NCBI RefSeq assembly: GCF_009914755.1
Contig: NC_060933.1
DNA from: the human T2T-CHM13v2.0 reference genome, Homo sapiens
Reading direction: 5' to 3' (one strand)
DNA length: 64,000 nucleotides
The position numbers and the translations under genes were made by a program. Shown here piece by piece: positions 41,801 to 55,400 of the stretch (position 1 is the first letter of the stretch; each line of letters begins with the position of its first letter). The notes beneath the pieces are model-generated. The model saw only the letters and a program-made list of their open reading frames with translations. It searched no databases and was not told the origin of the DNA.

Positions 41801-44800
41801 TCATCCGGAATGGAATGGAATGGAATGGAATGCAAAGCAATGGAATCAACTCGATTGCAATGGAATGGAATGGAATGGAAAGGAATACATTGGAATCACC
41901 CCGAGTGGAATGGAATGGAAAGGACTGGAATGGAGTGGAATGGAATGGAATGAAATGGAATGGAATCAACTCGATTGGAATGGAATGGAATGGAATGGAA
42001 TGGAATGGAATTAACCCGAATAGAATGGAATGGAATGTAATGGAACGGAACGGAACGGAACGGAATGAAATGGAATGGAATGGAATGGAATGGAATGGAA
42101 TCAACCCGACTGCAGGGGAATGGAATGGAATGGAAAGCAATGGAATAGATTCAACTTGAATGGAATGGAAAGAATGGAATCAATACGAGTAGAATGGCAT
42201 GGATTGGAATGGAATGGAATGGAATCAACCCGAGTACAGGGGAAAGGAATGGAATGGAATGCAAAGGAATGGAATCATCCGTAATGGAATGAAAAGGAAT
42301 GGAATGGAATGGAATGGAATGGAATGGAATGGAATGGAATCAACTCGATTGCAATCGAATGGAATGGAATGGAATTAACCCGAATAGAATGGAATGGAAT
42401 GGTATGGAACGGAACGGAACGGAACGGAATGGAATGGAATGGAATGGAATGGAATGGAATGGAAAGGAATGGAATGGAATGGAATGGAATGGAATGGAAT
42501 GGAATGGAATGGAATCAACGCGAGTGCAGGAGAATGGAATGGAATGGAATGCAATGGAATGGAATCTTCCGGAATGGAATGGAATGGAATGGAATGGAAT
42601 TGAATGGAATAAACCCGAGTGCAATGGAATGGAGTGGAATGTAATGGAATGGAATGGAACAACCCGAATGGAATGGAATTTAATGGAGAGTAAGGGAGTT
42701 GAATAGAATCAATCCGAATGTAATGGAATGGAATGGAACGGAATGGAATTGAATGGAATGGAATGGAATGCAATGGAATGGAATCAACCCGAGTGCAATG
42801 GAATGGAGAGGAATAGAATGGAATGGAAACTACCCGAATGGAATGGAATGTAATGGAGTGTAAGGGAATTGAATAGAATCAATCCGAATGTAATGGAATG
42901 GAATGGAACGGAATGGAATGGAATGGAATGGAATGGAATGGAATGGAATGCAATGGAATGGAATCAACCCGAGTGCAATCGAATGGAATCGAATGGAATG
43001 GAATGCAATGGAATGGATTCAACTTGAATGGAATGGAAAGAATGGAATCAACACGAGTGGAATGGCATGGATTGGAATGGAATGGAATGGAATCAACTGG
43101 AGTACAGGGGAATGGAATGGAATGGAATGCAATGGAATGGAATCATCCGTAATGGAATGGAAAGGAATGGAATGGAATGGAATGGAATGGAATGAAATGG
43201 AATGGAATCAATTCGATTGCAATCGAATGGCATGGAATGGAATTAACCCGAATAGAATGGAATGGAATGGAATGGAACGGAACGGAATGGAATGGAATGG
43301 AATGGAATGGAACGGAACGGAACGGAACGGAATGGAATGGAATGGAATGGAATGGAATGGAATCAACGCGAGTGCAGGGGAATGGAATGGAATGGAATGC
43401 AATGGAATGGAATCTTCCGGAATGGAATGGAATGGAATGTAATGGAATGAAATGCAATGGATTCAACTCGATTAAAATGGAATGGAATAGAATGGAATGG
43501 AATGGAATGGAATTAACCCAAATAGAATGGAATGGAATGCAATGGAACGGAATGGAACGGAATGGAATGGAATGGAATGCAATGGAAGGGTATGGAATGG
43601 AATGGAATGGTACGGAATAGAATGCAATGGAACGAATTGTAATGGAATGGAATTGAATGGAATGGAATGGAATGGAATGGATTCAACGCGAGTGCAGGGG
43701 AATGTAAGGGAAAGGAATGCAATGGAATGGAATCATCCGGAATGGAATGGAATGGAATGGAATGGAATGGAATGGAATCAACCCGAGTGCAATAGAATGG
43801 AGTGGAATGGAATGGAATGGAATGGAACAACCCGAATGGAATGGAATGTAATGGAGCGTAAGGGAGTTGAATAGAATCAATCCGAATGTAATGGAATGGA
43901 ATGCAACGGAATGGAATGGAATGGAATGGAATGGAATGCAATGGAATGGAATCAACCCGAGTACAATGGAATGGAATGGAATGGAATGGAATGGAATGGA
44001 ATGGAATGGAATAGAATGCCTTTAAACCGAATGGAATGGAAAGGAATGGAATCAACTCGAGTGGAATGGAATGGAATGGAATGGAATGGAATGGAATGGA
44101 ATGGAATGGAATGATACGGAATAGAATGGAATGGAACGAAATGGAATGCAATGGAATGGAATGTAAGGGAATGGAATGGAATGGAATCGTTCCGAGTGGA
44201 ATAGGAGGGAATGTATTCGAGTGGAATGGAAAGGAATGGTATCAACCAGAGTGGAATGGAAGGGAATGGAATGGAATGGAAACTAATAGAATGGAATCAA
44301 CCCGAGTGGAATGGAATGGAAAGGACTGGAATGGAATGGAATGGAATGGAATCAACTCGGTTGTAATGGAATGGAATGGAATGGAATGGAATGGAATGGA
44401 ATGGAATTAACCCGAATACAATGGAATGGAATGGAATGGAACGGAATGGAGTGGAATGGAATGGAATCAACCCGAGTGCAGGGGAATGGAATGGAATGGA
44501 ATGCTATGGAATGGAATCATCCGGAATGGAATGGAATGGAATGGAATGCAAAGCAATGGAACCAACTCGATTGCAATGGAATGGAATGGAATGGAAAGGA
44601 ATACATTGGAATCAACCCGAGTGGAATGGAATGGAAAGGACTGGAATGGAGTGGAATGGAATGGAATGGAATGGAATGGAATCAACTCGATTGGAATGGA
44701 ATGGAATGGAATGGAATGGAATTAACCCGAATAGAATGGAATGGAATGGAATGGAACGGAACGGAATGCAATGGAATGTAATGTAATGGAATGGAATGGA

Positions 44801-47800
44801 ATGGAATCAACCCGACTGCAGGGTAATGGAATGGAATGGAATGCAATGGAATGGATTCAACTTGAATGGAATGGAAAGAATGGAATCAACACGAGTGGAA
44901 TGGCATGGATTGGAATGGAATGGAATGGAATCAACCCGAGTACAGGGGAATGGAATGGAATGGAATGCAATGGAATGGAATCATCCGTAATGGAATGGAA
45001 AGGAATGGAATGGAATGGAATAGAATGGAATGGAATCAACTCGATTGCAATCGAATGGAATGGAATGGAATTAACCCGAATAGAATGGAATGGAATGGAA
45101 TGGAACGCAACGGAACGGAATGGAATGGATTGGAATGGAATGGAATGGAATGGAATGGAAGGGAAAGGAATGGAATGGAATGGAATGGAATGGAATGGAA
45201 TGGAATGGAATCAACACGAGTGCAGGGGAATGGAATGGAATGGAATGCAATGGAATGGAATCTTCCGGAATGGAATGGAATGGAATGGAATGGAATGGAA
45301 TGGAATCAACCCGAGTGCAATGGAATGGAGTGGAATGGAATGGAATGGAATGGAACAACCCGAAAGGAATCGAATGTAATGGAGAGTAAGGGAGTTGAAT
45401 AGAATCAATCCGAATGTAATGGAATGGAATGGAACGGAATGCAATTGAATGGAATGGAATGGAATGCAATGGAATGGAATCAACCCGAGTGCAATGGAAT
45501 GGAGAGGAATGGAATGGAATGGAATGGAAACTACCCGAATGGAATGGAATGTAATGGAGTGTAAGGGAATTGAATAGAATCAATCCGAATGTAATGGAAT
45601 GGAATGGAACGGAATGGAATGGAATGGAATGGAATGGAATGGAATGGAATGGAATGCAATGCAATGGAATGGAATCAACCCGAGTACAATGGAATGGAAT
45701 GGAATGGAATGGAATGGAATGGAATGGAATGCCTTCAAACCGAATGGAATGGAAAGGAATGGAATCAACACGAGTGGAATGGAATGGAATGGAATGGAAT
45801 GGAATGGAATGGAATGATACGGAATAGAATGGAATGGAACGAAATGGAATGGAATGGAATGGAATGGAATGGAAAGGAATGGAATGGAATGGAATGGAAT
45901 CGTTCCGAGTGGAATACGAGGGAATGTATTCGAGTGGAATGGAAAGGAATGGAATCAACCAGAGTGGAATGGAAGGGAATGGAATGGAATGGAAACTAAT
46001 AGAATGGAATCAACCCGAGTGGAATGGAATGGAAAAGACTGGAATGGAAATGAATGGAATGGAATGGAATGGAATGGAATGGAATGGAATGGAATGGAAT
46101 GGAATCAACGCGAGTGCAGGGGAATGGAATGGAATCGAATGGAATGGAATGGAATGGAATGGAATCAACCCGAGTGCAGGGGAATGTAATGGAACGGAAT
46201 GCAATGGAATGGAATCATCCGGAATGGAATGGAATGGAATGGAATGGAATCAACCCGAGTGCAATGGAATTGAGTGGAATGGAATGGAATGGAATGGAAC
46301 AACCCGAATGGAATGGAATGTAATGGAGAGTAAGGGAGTTGAAAAGAATCAATCCGAATGTAATGGAATGGAATGGAACGGAATGGAATGGAATGGAATG
46401 GAATGGAATGCAATGGAATGGAATCAACCCGAGTACAATGGAATGGAATGGGATGGAATGGAATGGAATGGAATGGAATGGAATGGAATGGAATGATACG
46501 GAATAGAATGGATTGGAACGAAATGGAATGGAATGGAATGGAATGGAATGGAATGGAATGGAATGGAATGGAATCGTTCCGAGTGGAATAGGAGGGAATG
46601 TATTCGAGTGGAATGGAAAGGAATGGAATCAACCAGAGTGGAATGGAAGGGAATGGAATGGAATGGAATCTAATAGAATGGAATCAACCCGAGAGGAATA
46701 GAATGGAAAGGACTGGAATGGAATGGAATGGAATGGAATCAACTCGATTGTAATGGAATGGAATGGAATGGAATGGAATTAACCCGAATACAATGCAATG
46801 GAATGGAATGGAACGGAATGGAGTGGAATGGAATGGAATCAACCCGAGTGCAGGGGAATGGAATGGAATGGAATGCAATGGAATGCAATCATCCGGAATG
46901 GAATGGAATGGAATGGAATGCAAAGCAATGGAATCAACTCGATTGCAATGGAATGGAATGGAATGGAAAGGAATACATTGGAATCAACCCGAGTGGAATG
47001 TAATGGAAAGTACTGGAATGGAGTGGAATGGAATGGAATGGAATGGAATGGAATCAACTCGATTGGAATGGAATGGAATGGAATGGAATGGAATGAAATG
47101 GAATTAACCCGAATAGAATGGAATGGAATGGAATGGAACGGAACGGAACGGAACGGAATGGAATGGAATGGAATGGAATGGAATGGAATGGAATGGAAAC
47201 AACCCGACTGCAGGGGAATGGAATGGAATGGAAACAACCCGACTGCAGGGGAATGGAATGGAATGGAATGCAAGGGAATTGATTCAACTTGAATGGAATG
47301 GAAAGAATGGAATCAACACGAGTGGAATGGCATGGATTGGAATGGAATGGAATGGAATCAACCCGAGTACAGGGGAATGGAATGGAATGGAATGCAATGG
47401 AATGGAATCATCCGTAATGGAATGGAAAGGAATGGAATGGAATGGAATGGAATGGAATGGAATGGAATCAACTCGATTGCAATCGAATGGAATGGAATGG
47501 AATTAACCCGAATAGAATGGAATGGAATGGAATGGAACGGAACGGAACGGAACGGAATGGATTGGAATGGAATGGAATGGAATGGAATTGAATGGAATGG
47601 AACGGAAAGGAATGGAATGGAATGGAATGGAATGGAATGGAATGGAATGGAATGGAATGGAATGGAATCAACGCGAGTGCACGGGAATGGAATGGAAAGG
47701 AATGCAATGGAATGGAATCTTCCGGAATGGAATGGAATGGAAAGGAATTGAATGGAATGCAATGGAATAAACCCGAGTGCAATGGAATGGAGTGGAATGG

Positions 47801-49434
47801 AATGGAATGGAATGGAACAACCCGAATGGAATGGAATGTAATGGAGAGTAAGGGAGTTGAATAGAATAAATCCGAAAGTAATGGAATGGAATGGAACGGA
47901 ATGGAATTGAATGGAATGGAATGGAATGCAATGGAATGGAATCAACCCGAGTTCAATGGAATAGAGAGGAATGGAATGGAATGGAATGGAAACTACCCGA
48001 ATGGAATGGAATGTAATGGAGTGTAAGGGAATTGAATAGAATCAATCCGAATGTAATGGAATGGAATGGAAAGGAATGGAATGGAGTGGAATGGAATGGA
48101 ATGGAATGGAATGGAATGCAATGGAATGGAATCAACCCGAGTGCAACCGAATGGAATCGAATGGAATGGAATGCAATGGAATGGATTCAACTTAAATGGA
48201 ATGGAAAAATGGAATCAACACGAGTGGAATTGCATGGATTGGAATGGAATGGAATGGAATCAACCCGAGTACAGGGGAATGGAATGGAATGGAATGCAAT
48301 GGAATGGAATCATCCGTAATGGAATGGAAAGGAATGGAATGGAATGGAATGGAATGGAATGGAATGGAATGGAATCAACTCGATTGCAATGGAATGGAAT
48401 GGAATGGAATTAACCCGAATAGAATGGAATGGAATGGAATGGAACGGAACGGAACGGAATGGAATGGATTGGAATGGAATGGAATGGAATGGAATGGAAC
48501 GGAAAGGAATGGAATGGAATGGAATGGAATGGAATGGAATGGAATGGAATGGAATCAACGCGAGTGCAGGGGAATGGAATGGAATGGAATGCAATGGAAT
48601 GGAATCTTCCGGAATGGAATGGAATGGAATGGAATGGAATCAACCCGAGTGCAATGGAATGGAGTGGAATGGAATGGAATGGAATGGAACAACCCGAAAG
48701 GAATCGAATGTAATGGAGAGTAAGGGAGTTGAATAGAATCAATCCGAATGTAACGGAATGGAATGGAACGGAATGGAATTGAATGGAATGGAATGGAATG
48801 CAGTGGAATGGAATCAACCCGAGTGCAATGGAATGGAGAGGAATGGAATGGAATGGAATGGAAACTACCCGAATGGAATGGAATGTAATGGAGTGTAAGG
48901 GAATTGAATAGAATCAATCCGAATGTAATGGAATGGAATGGAACGGAATGGAATGGAATGGAATGGAATGGAATGGAATGGAATGGAATGATACAGAATA
49001 GAATGGAATGGAAAGAAATGGAATGGAATGGAATGGAATGGAATGGAATGGAATGGAATGGAATGCAATGGAATCGTTCCGAGTGGAATAGGAGGGAATG
49101 TATTCGAGTGGAATGGAAAGGAATGGAATCAACCAGAGTGGAATGGAAGGGAATGGAATGGAATGGAAACTAATAGAATGGAATCAACCCGAGTGGAATG
49201 GAATGGAAAAGACTGGAATGGAAAGGAATGGAATGGAATGGAATGGAATGGAATGGAATGGAATGGAATGGAATGGAATCAACGCGAGTGCAGGGGAATG
49301 GAATGGAATCGAATGGAATGGAATGGAATGGAATCAACCCGAGTGCAGGGGAATATAATGGAACGGAATGCAATGGACTGGAATCATCCGGAATGGAATG
49401 GAATGGAATGGAATGGAATCAACCCGAGTGCAAA
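38831..49434 (-). repeat. 10.6 kb near-identical tandem duplication, copy 1 (10604 bp)
   Basis: ORFs from 39041 to 49373 recur at exactly +10624, with identical translations except those crossing 47159-47250. The first ~150 bp align at +10604, before a 20 bp GGAAT run expansion. Confidence 0.95.
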
Positions 49435-52400
49435 GGAATGGAATGGAATGGAATGGAATGGAATGGAATGGAATGGAATTAACCCTACTAGAATGGAATG
49501 GAATGGAATGGAATGGAATAGAATGGAATGGAAGGGAATGGAATGGAATGGAATGGAATGGAATTAACCCGAATAGAATGGAATGGAATGGAATGGAATG
49601 GAATGGAATGGAATGGAATGGAATGGAATGGAATGGAATGGAATGGAATGGAATCAACTCGATTTCAATGGAATGGAATGGAATGGAATGGAATGCAATG
49701 GAAGGGAATGGAATGGAATGGAATGAAATTAACCCGAATAGAATGGAATGGAATGGAATGGAATGGAATGGAATGGAATGGAATACAATGGAATCCACCC
49801 GAGTGCAGGGGAATGGAATGGAATGGAATGCAATGGAATGGAATCATACGGAATGGAATGGAATGGAATGGAATGCAATGGAATGGAATGGAATCAACCC
49901 GATTGCAATGGAATGGAGTGGAATGGAATGGAATGGAATGGAAACAACCCGAATGGAATGGAATGTAATGGAGAGTAAGGGAATTGAATAGAATCAATAC
50001 GAATGTAATGGAATGGAATGGAACGGAATGGAATGCAATGGAATGGAATGGAATGCAATGGAATGGGATCAACCCGAGTGAAATGGAATGGAATCGAAAG
50101 GAATGGAATGGAATGGAATGGTTTCAACCCGAACGAAATGGAAAGGAATGGAATCAACCCGAGTGGAATGGAATGGAATGGAATGGAATAGAATGGAATG
50201 GAATGGGTTCAACTCGAATGGAATGGAAAGGAATGGAATCAACCCGAGTGGAATGGCATGGAATGGAATGGAATGGAATGGAATGGAATGGAAGGGAATG
50301 GAATGGAATGGAATTAACCTGAACAGAATGGAAGGGAATGGAATGGAACGGAACGGAACGGAATGGAATGGAATGGAATGGAATGGAATGCAATGGAATG
50401 GGATCAACCCGAGTACAGGGGAATGGAATGCAATGGAATGCAATGAAATGGAATCATCCGGAATGGAATGGAATGGAATGGAATGCAATGGAATGGAATC
50501 AATCAACCCGAGTGCAATAGAATGCAGTGGAATGGAATGGAATGGTATGGAAACTACCCGAATGGAATAGAATGTAATGGAGTGTAAGGGAATTAAAAAG
50601 AATCAATCCGAATGTAATGGAATTGAATGGAACGGAATGGAATGGAATGGAATGGAATGGAATGGAATTAACCCGAATAGAATGAAAAGGAATGGAATGG
50701 AATGGAATGGAATGGAATGGAATGGAATGGAACGGAATAGAATGGAATGGAACGAAATGGAATGGAATGAAATGGAATGGAATGGAATGGAATGGAATGG
50801 AATGGAATGGAATCAACCCGAGTGCAATGGAATGGAGTGGAATGGAATGGAATGGAATGGAACAACCCGAATGGAATGGAATGTAATGGAGAGTAAGGGA
50901 GTTGAAAAGAATCAATCCGAATGTAATGGAATGGAATGGAACGGAATGGAATGGAATGGAATGGAATGGAATGGAATGCAATGGAAAGGAATCAACCCGA
51001 GTACAATGGAATGGAATGGAATGGAATGGAACGGAATGGAATGGAATGGAATGGAATGGAATGGAATCTTCCGTAATGGAATGGAATGGAATGGAATGGA
51101 ATGCAATGGATTCAACTCGATTGCAATGGAATAGAATAGAATGGAATGGAATGGAATGGAATGGAATGGAATGGAATGGAATGGAATTAAACCGAATAGA
51201 ATGGAATGGAATGGAATGGAATGGAACGGAACGGAACGGAACGGAACGGAGTGGAATGGAATGGAATGGAATTGTATGGAATGGAATGGAATGGTACGGA
51301 ATAGAATGGAATGGAATGAATTGGAATGGAATGGAATGGAATGGAATGGAATGGAATGGAATGGAATGGAATCAACCCGAGTGCAATGGAATGGAGTGGA
51401 ATGGAATGGAATGGAATGGAAAAACCCGAATGGAATGGAATGTAATGGAGAGTAAGGGAGTTGAATAGAATCAATACGAATATAATGGAATGGAAAGGAA
51501 TGGAATGGAATGGAATGGAATGGAATGGAATGGAATGGAATGCAATGGAATGGAATCAACCAGAGTACTATGGAACGGAATGGAATGCAATGGAATGGAA
51601 TGGAATGGAATGGAATGGAATGGAATGGAATCAACCCGAGTGCAATGGAATGGAGAGGAATGGAATGGAATGGAATGGAAACTACCCGAATGGAATGGAA
51701 TGTAATGGAGTGTAAGGGAATTGAATAGAATCAATCCGAATGGAATGGAATGGAATGGAACGGAATGTAATGGAATGGAATGGAATGGAATCAACCCGAG
51801 TGCAGGGGAATGGAATGGAATGGAATGCAATGGAATGGAATCATCCGGAATGGAATGGAATGGAATGCAATGGAATGGAATCAACCCGAGTAGAATGGAA
51901 TGGAATGGAATGGAATGGAATGGAATGGAATGGAATGGAATGGAATGTCTTCAAACCGAATGGAATGGAAAGGAATGTAATCAACACGAGTGGAATGGAA
52001 TGGAATGGAATGGAATGGAATGGAATGATACGGAATAGAATGGAATGGAACGAAATGGAATCGAATGGAATGGAATGGAATGGAATGGAATGGAATCGTT
52101 CCGAGTGGAATAGGAGGGAATGTATTCGAGAGGAATGGAAAGGAATGGAATCAGCAGAGTGGAATGGAAGGGAATGGAATGGAATGGAAACTAATAGAAT
52201 GGAATCAACCCGAGTGGAATGGAATGGAAAGGACTACAATGGAATGGAATGGAATGGAATGGAATCAACTCGATTGTAATGGAATGGAATGGAATGGAAT
52301 GGAATGGAATGGAATTAACCCGAATACAATGGAATGGAATGGAATGGAATGGAATGGAGTGGAATGGAATGGAATCAACCCGAGTGCAGGGGAATGGAAT

Positions 52401-55400
52401 GGAATGGAATGCAATGCAATGGAATCATCCGGAATGGAATGGAATGGAATGGAATGCAAAGCAATGGAATCAACTCGATTGCAATGGAATGGAATGGAAT
52501 GGAAAGGAATACATTGGAATCACCCCGAGTGGAATGGAATGGAAAGGACTGGAATGGAGTGGAATGGAATGGAATGAAATGGAATGGAATCAACTCGATT
52601 GGAATGGAATGGAATGGAATGGAATGGAATGGAATTAACCCGAATAGAATGGAATGGAATGTAATGGAACGGAACGGAACGGAACGGAATGAAATGGAAT
52701 GGAATGGAATGGAATGGAATGGAATCAACCCGACTGCAGGGGAATGGAATGGAATGGAAAGCAATGGAATAGATTCAACTTGAATGGAATGGAAAGAATG
52801 GAATCAATACGAGTAGAATGGCATGGATTGGAATGGAATGGAATGGAATCAACCCGAGTACAGGGGAAAGGAATGGAATGGAATGCAAAGGAATGGAATC
52901 ATCCGTAATGGAATGAAAAGGAATGGAATGGAATGGAATGGAATGGAATGGAATGGAATGGAATCAACTCGATTGCAATCGAATGGAATGGAATGGAATT
53001 AACCCGAATAGAATGGAATGGAATGGTATGGAACGGAACGGAACGGAACGGAATGGAATGGAATGGAATGGAATGGAATGGAATGGAAAGGAATGGAATG
53101 GAATGGAATGGAATGGAATGGAATGGAATGGAATGGAATCAACGCGAGTGCAGGAGAATGGAATGGAATGGAATGCAATGGAATGGAATCTTCCGGAATG
53201 GAATGGAATGGAATGGAATGGAATTGAATGGAATAAACCCGAGTGCAATGGAATGGAGTGGAATGTAATGGAATGGAATGGAACAACCCGAATGGAATGG
53301 AATTTAATGGAGAGTAAGGGAGTTGAATAGAATCAATCCGAATGTAATGGAATGGAATGGAACGGAATGGAATTGAATGGAATGGAATGGAATGCAATGG
53401 AATGGAATCAACCCGAGTGCAATGGAATGGAGAGGAATAGAATGGAATGGAAACTACCCGAATGGAATGGAATGTAATGGAGTGTAAGGGAATTGAATAG
53501 AATCAATCCGAATGTAATGGAATGGAATGGAACGGAATGGAATGGAATGGAATGGAATGGAATGGAATGGAATGCAATGGAATGGAATCAACCCGAGTGC
53601 AATCGAATGGAATCGAATGGAATGGAATGCAATGGAATGGATTCAACTTGAATGGAATGGAAAGAATGGAATCAACACGAGTGGAATGGCATGGATTGGA
53701 ATGGAATGGAATGGAATCAACTGGAGTACAGGGGAATGGAATGGAATGGAATGCAATGGAATGGAATCATCCGTAATGGAATGGAAAGGAATGGAATGGA
53801 ATGGAATGGAATGGAATGAAATGGAATGGAATCAATTCGATTGCAATCGAATGGCATGGAATGGAATTAACCCGAATAGAATGGAATGGAATGGAATGGA
53901 ACGGAACGGAATGGAATGGAATGGAATGGAATGGAACGGAACGGAACGGAACGGAATGGAATGGAATGGAATGGAATGGAATGGAATCAACGCGAGTGCA
54001 GGGGAATGGAATGGAATGGAATGCAATGGAATGGAATCTTCCGGAATGGAATGGAATGGAATGTAATGGAATGAAATGCAATGGATTCAACTCGATTAAA
54101 ATGGAATGGAATAGAATGGAATGGAATGGAATGGAATTAACCCAAATAGAATGGAATGGAATGCAATGGAACGGAATGGAACGGAATGGAATGGAATGGA
54201 ATGCAATGGAAGGGTATGGAATGGAATGGAATGGTACGGAATAGAATGCAATGGAACGAATTGTAATGGAATGGAATTGAATGGAATGGAATGGAATGGA
54301 ATGGATTCAACGCGAGTGCAGGGGAATGTAAGGGAAAGGAATGCAATGGAATGGAATCATCCGGAATGGAATGGAATGGAATGGAATGGAATGGAATGGA
54401 ATCAACCCGAGTGCAATAGAATGGAGTGGAATGGAATGGAATGGAATGGAACAACCCGAATGGAATGGAATGTAATGGAGCGTAAGGGAGTTGAATAGAA
54501 TCAATCCGAATGTAATGGAATGGAATGCAACGGAATGGAATGGAATGGAATGGAATGGAATGCAATGGAATGGAATCAACCCGAGTACAATGGAATGGAA
54601 TGGAATGGAATGGAATGGAATGGAATGGAATGGAATAGAATGCCTTTAAACCGAATGGAATGGAAAGGAATGGAATCAACTCGAGTGGAATGGAATGGAA
54701 TGGAATGGAATGGAATGGAATGGAATGGAATGGAATGATACGGAATAGAATGGAATGGAACGAAATGGAATGCAATGGAATGGAATGTAAGGGAATGGAA
54801 TGGAATGGAATCGTTCCGAGTGGAATAGGAGGGAATGTATTCGAGTGGAATGGAAAGGAATGGTATCAACCAGAGTGGAATGGAAGGGAATGGAATGGAA
54901 TGGAAACTAATAGAATGGAATCAACCCGAGTGGAATGGAATGGAAAGGACTGGAATGGAATGGAATGGAATGGAATCAACTCGGTTGTAATGGAATGGAA
55001 TGGAATGGAATGGAATGGAATGGAATGGAATTAACCCGAATACAATGGAATGGAATGGAATGGAACGGAATGGAGTGGAATGGAATGGAATCAACCCGAG
55101 TGCAGGGGAATGGAATGGAATGGAATGCTATGGAATGGAATCATCCGGAATGGAATGGAATGGAATGGAATGCAAAGCAATGGAACCAACTCGATTGCAA
55201 TGGAATGGAATGGAATGGAAAGGAATACATTGGAATCAACCCGAGTGGAATGGAATGGAAAGGACTGGAATGGAGTGGAATGGAATGGAATGGAATGGAA
55301 TGGAATCAACTCGATTGGAATGGAATGGAATGGAATGGAATGGAATTAACCCGAATAGAATGGAATGGAATGGAATGGAACGGAACGGAATGCAATGGAA

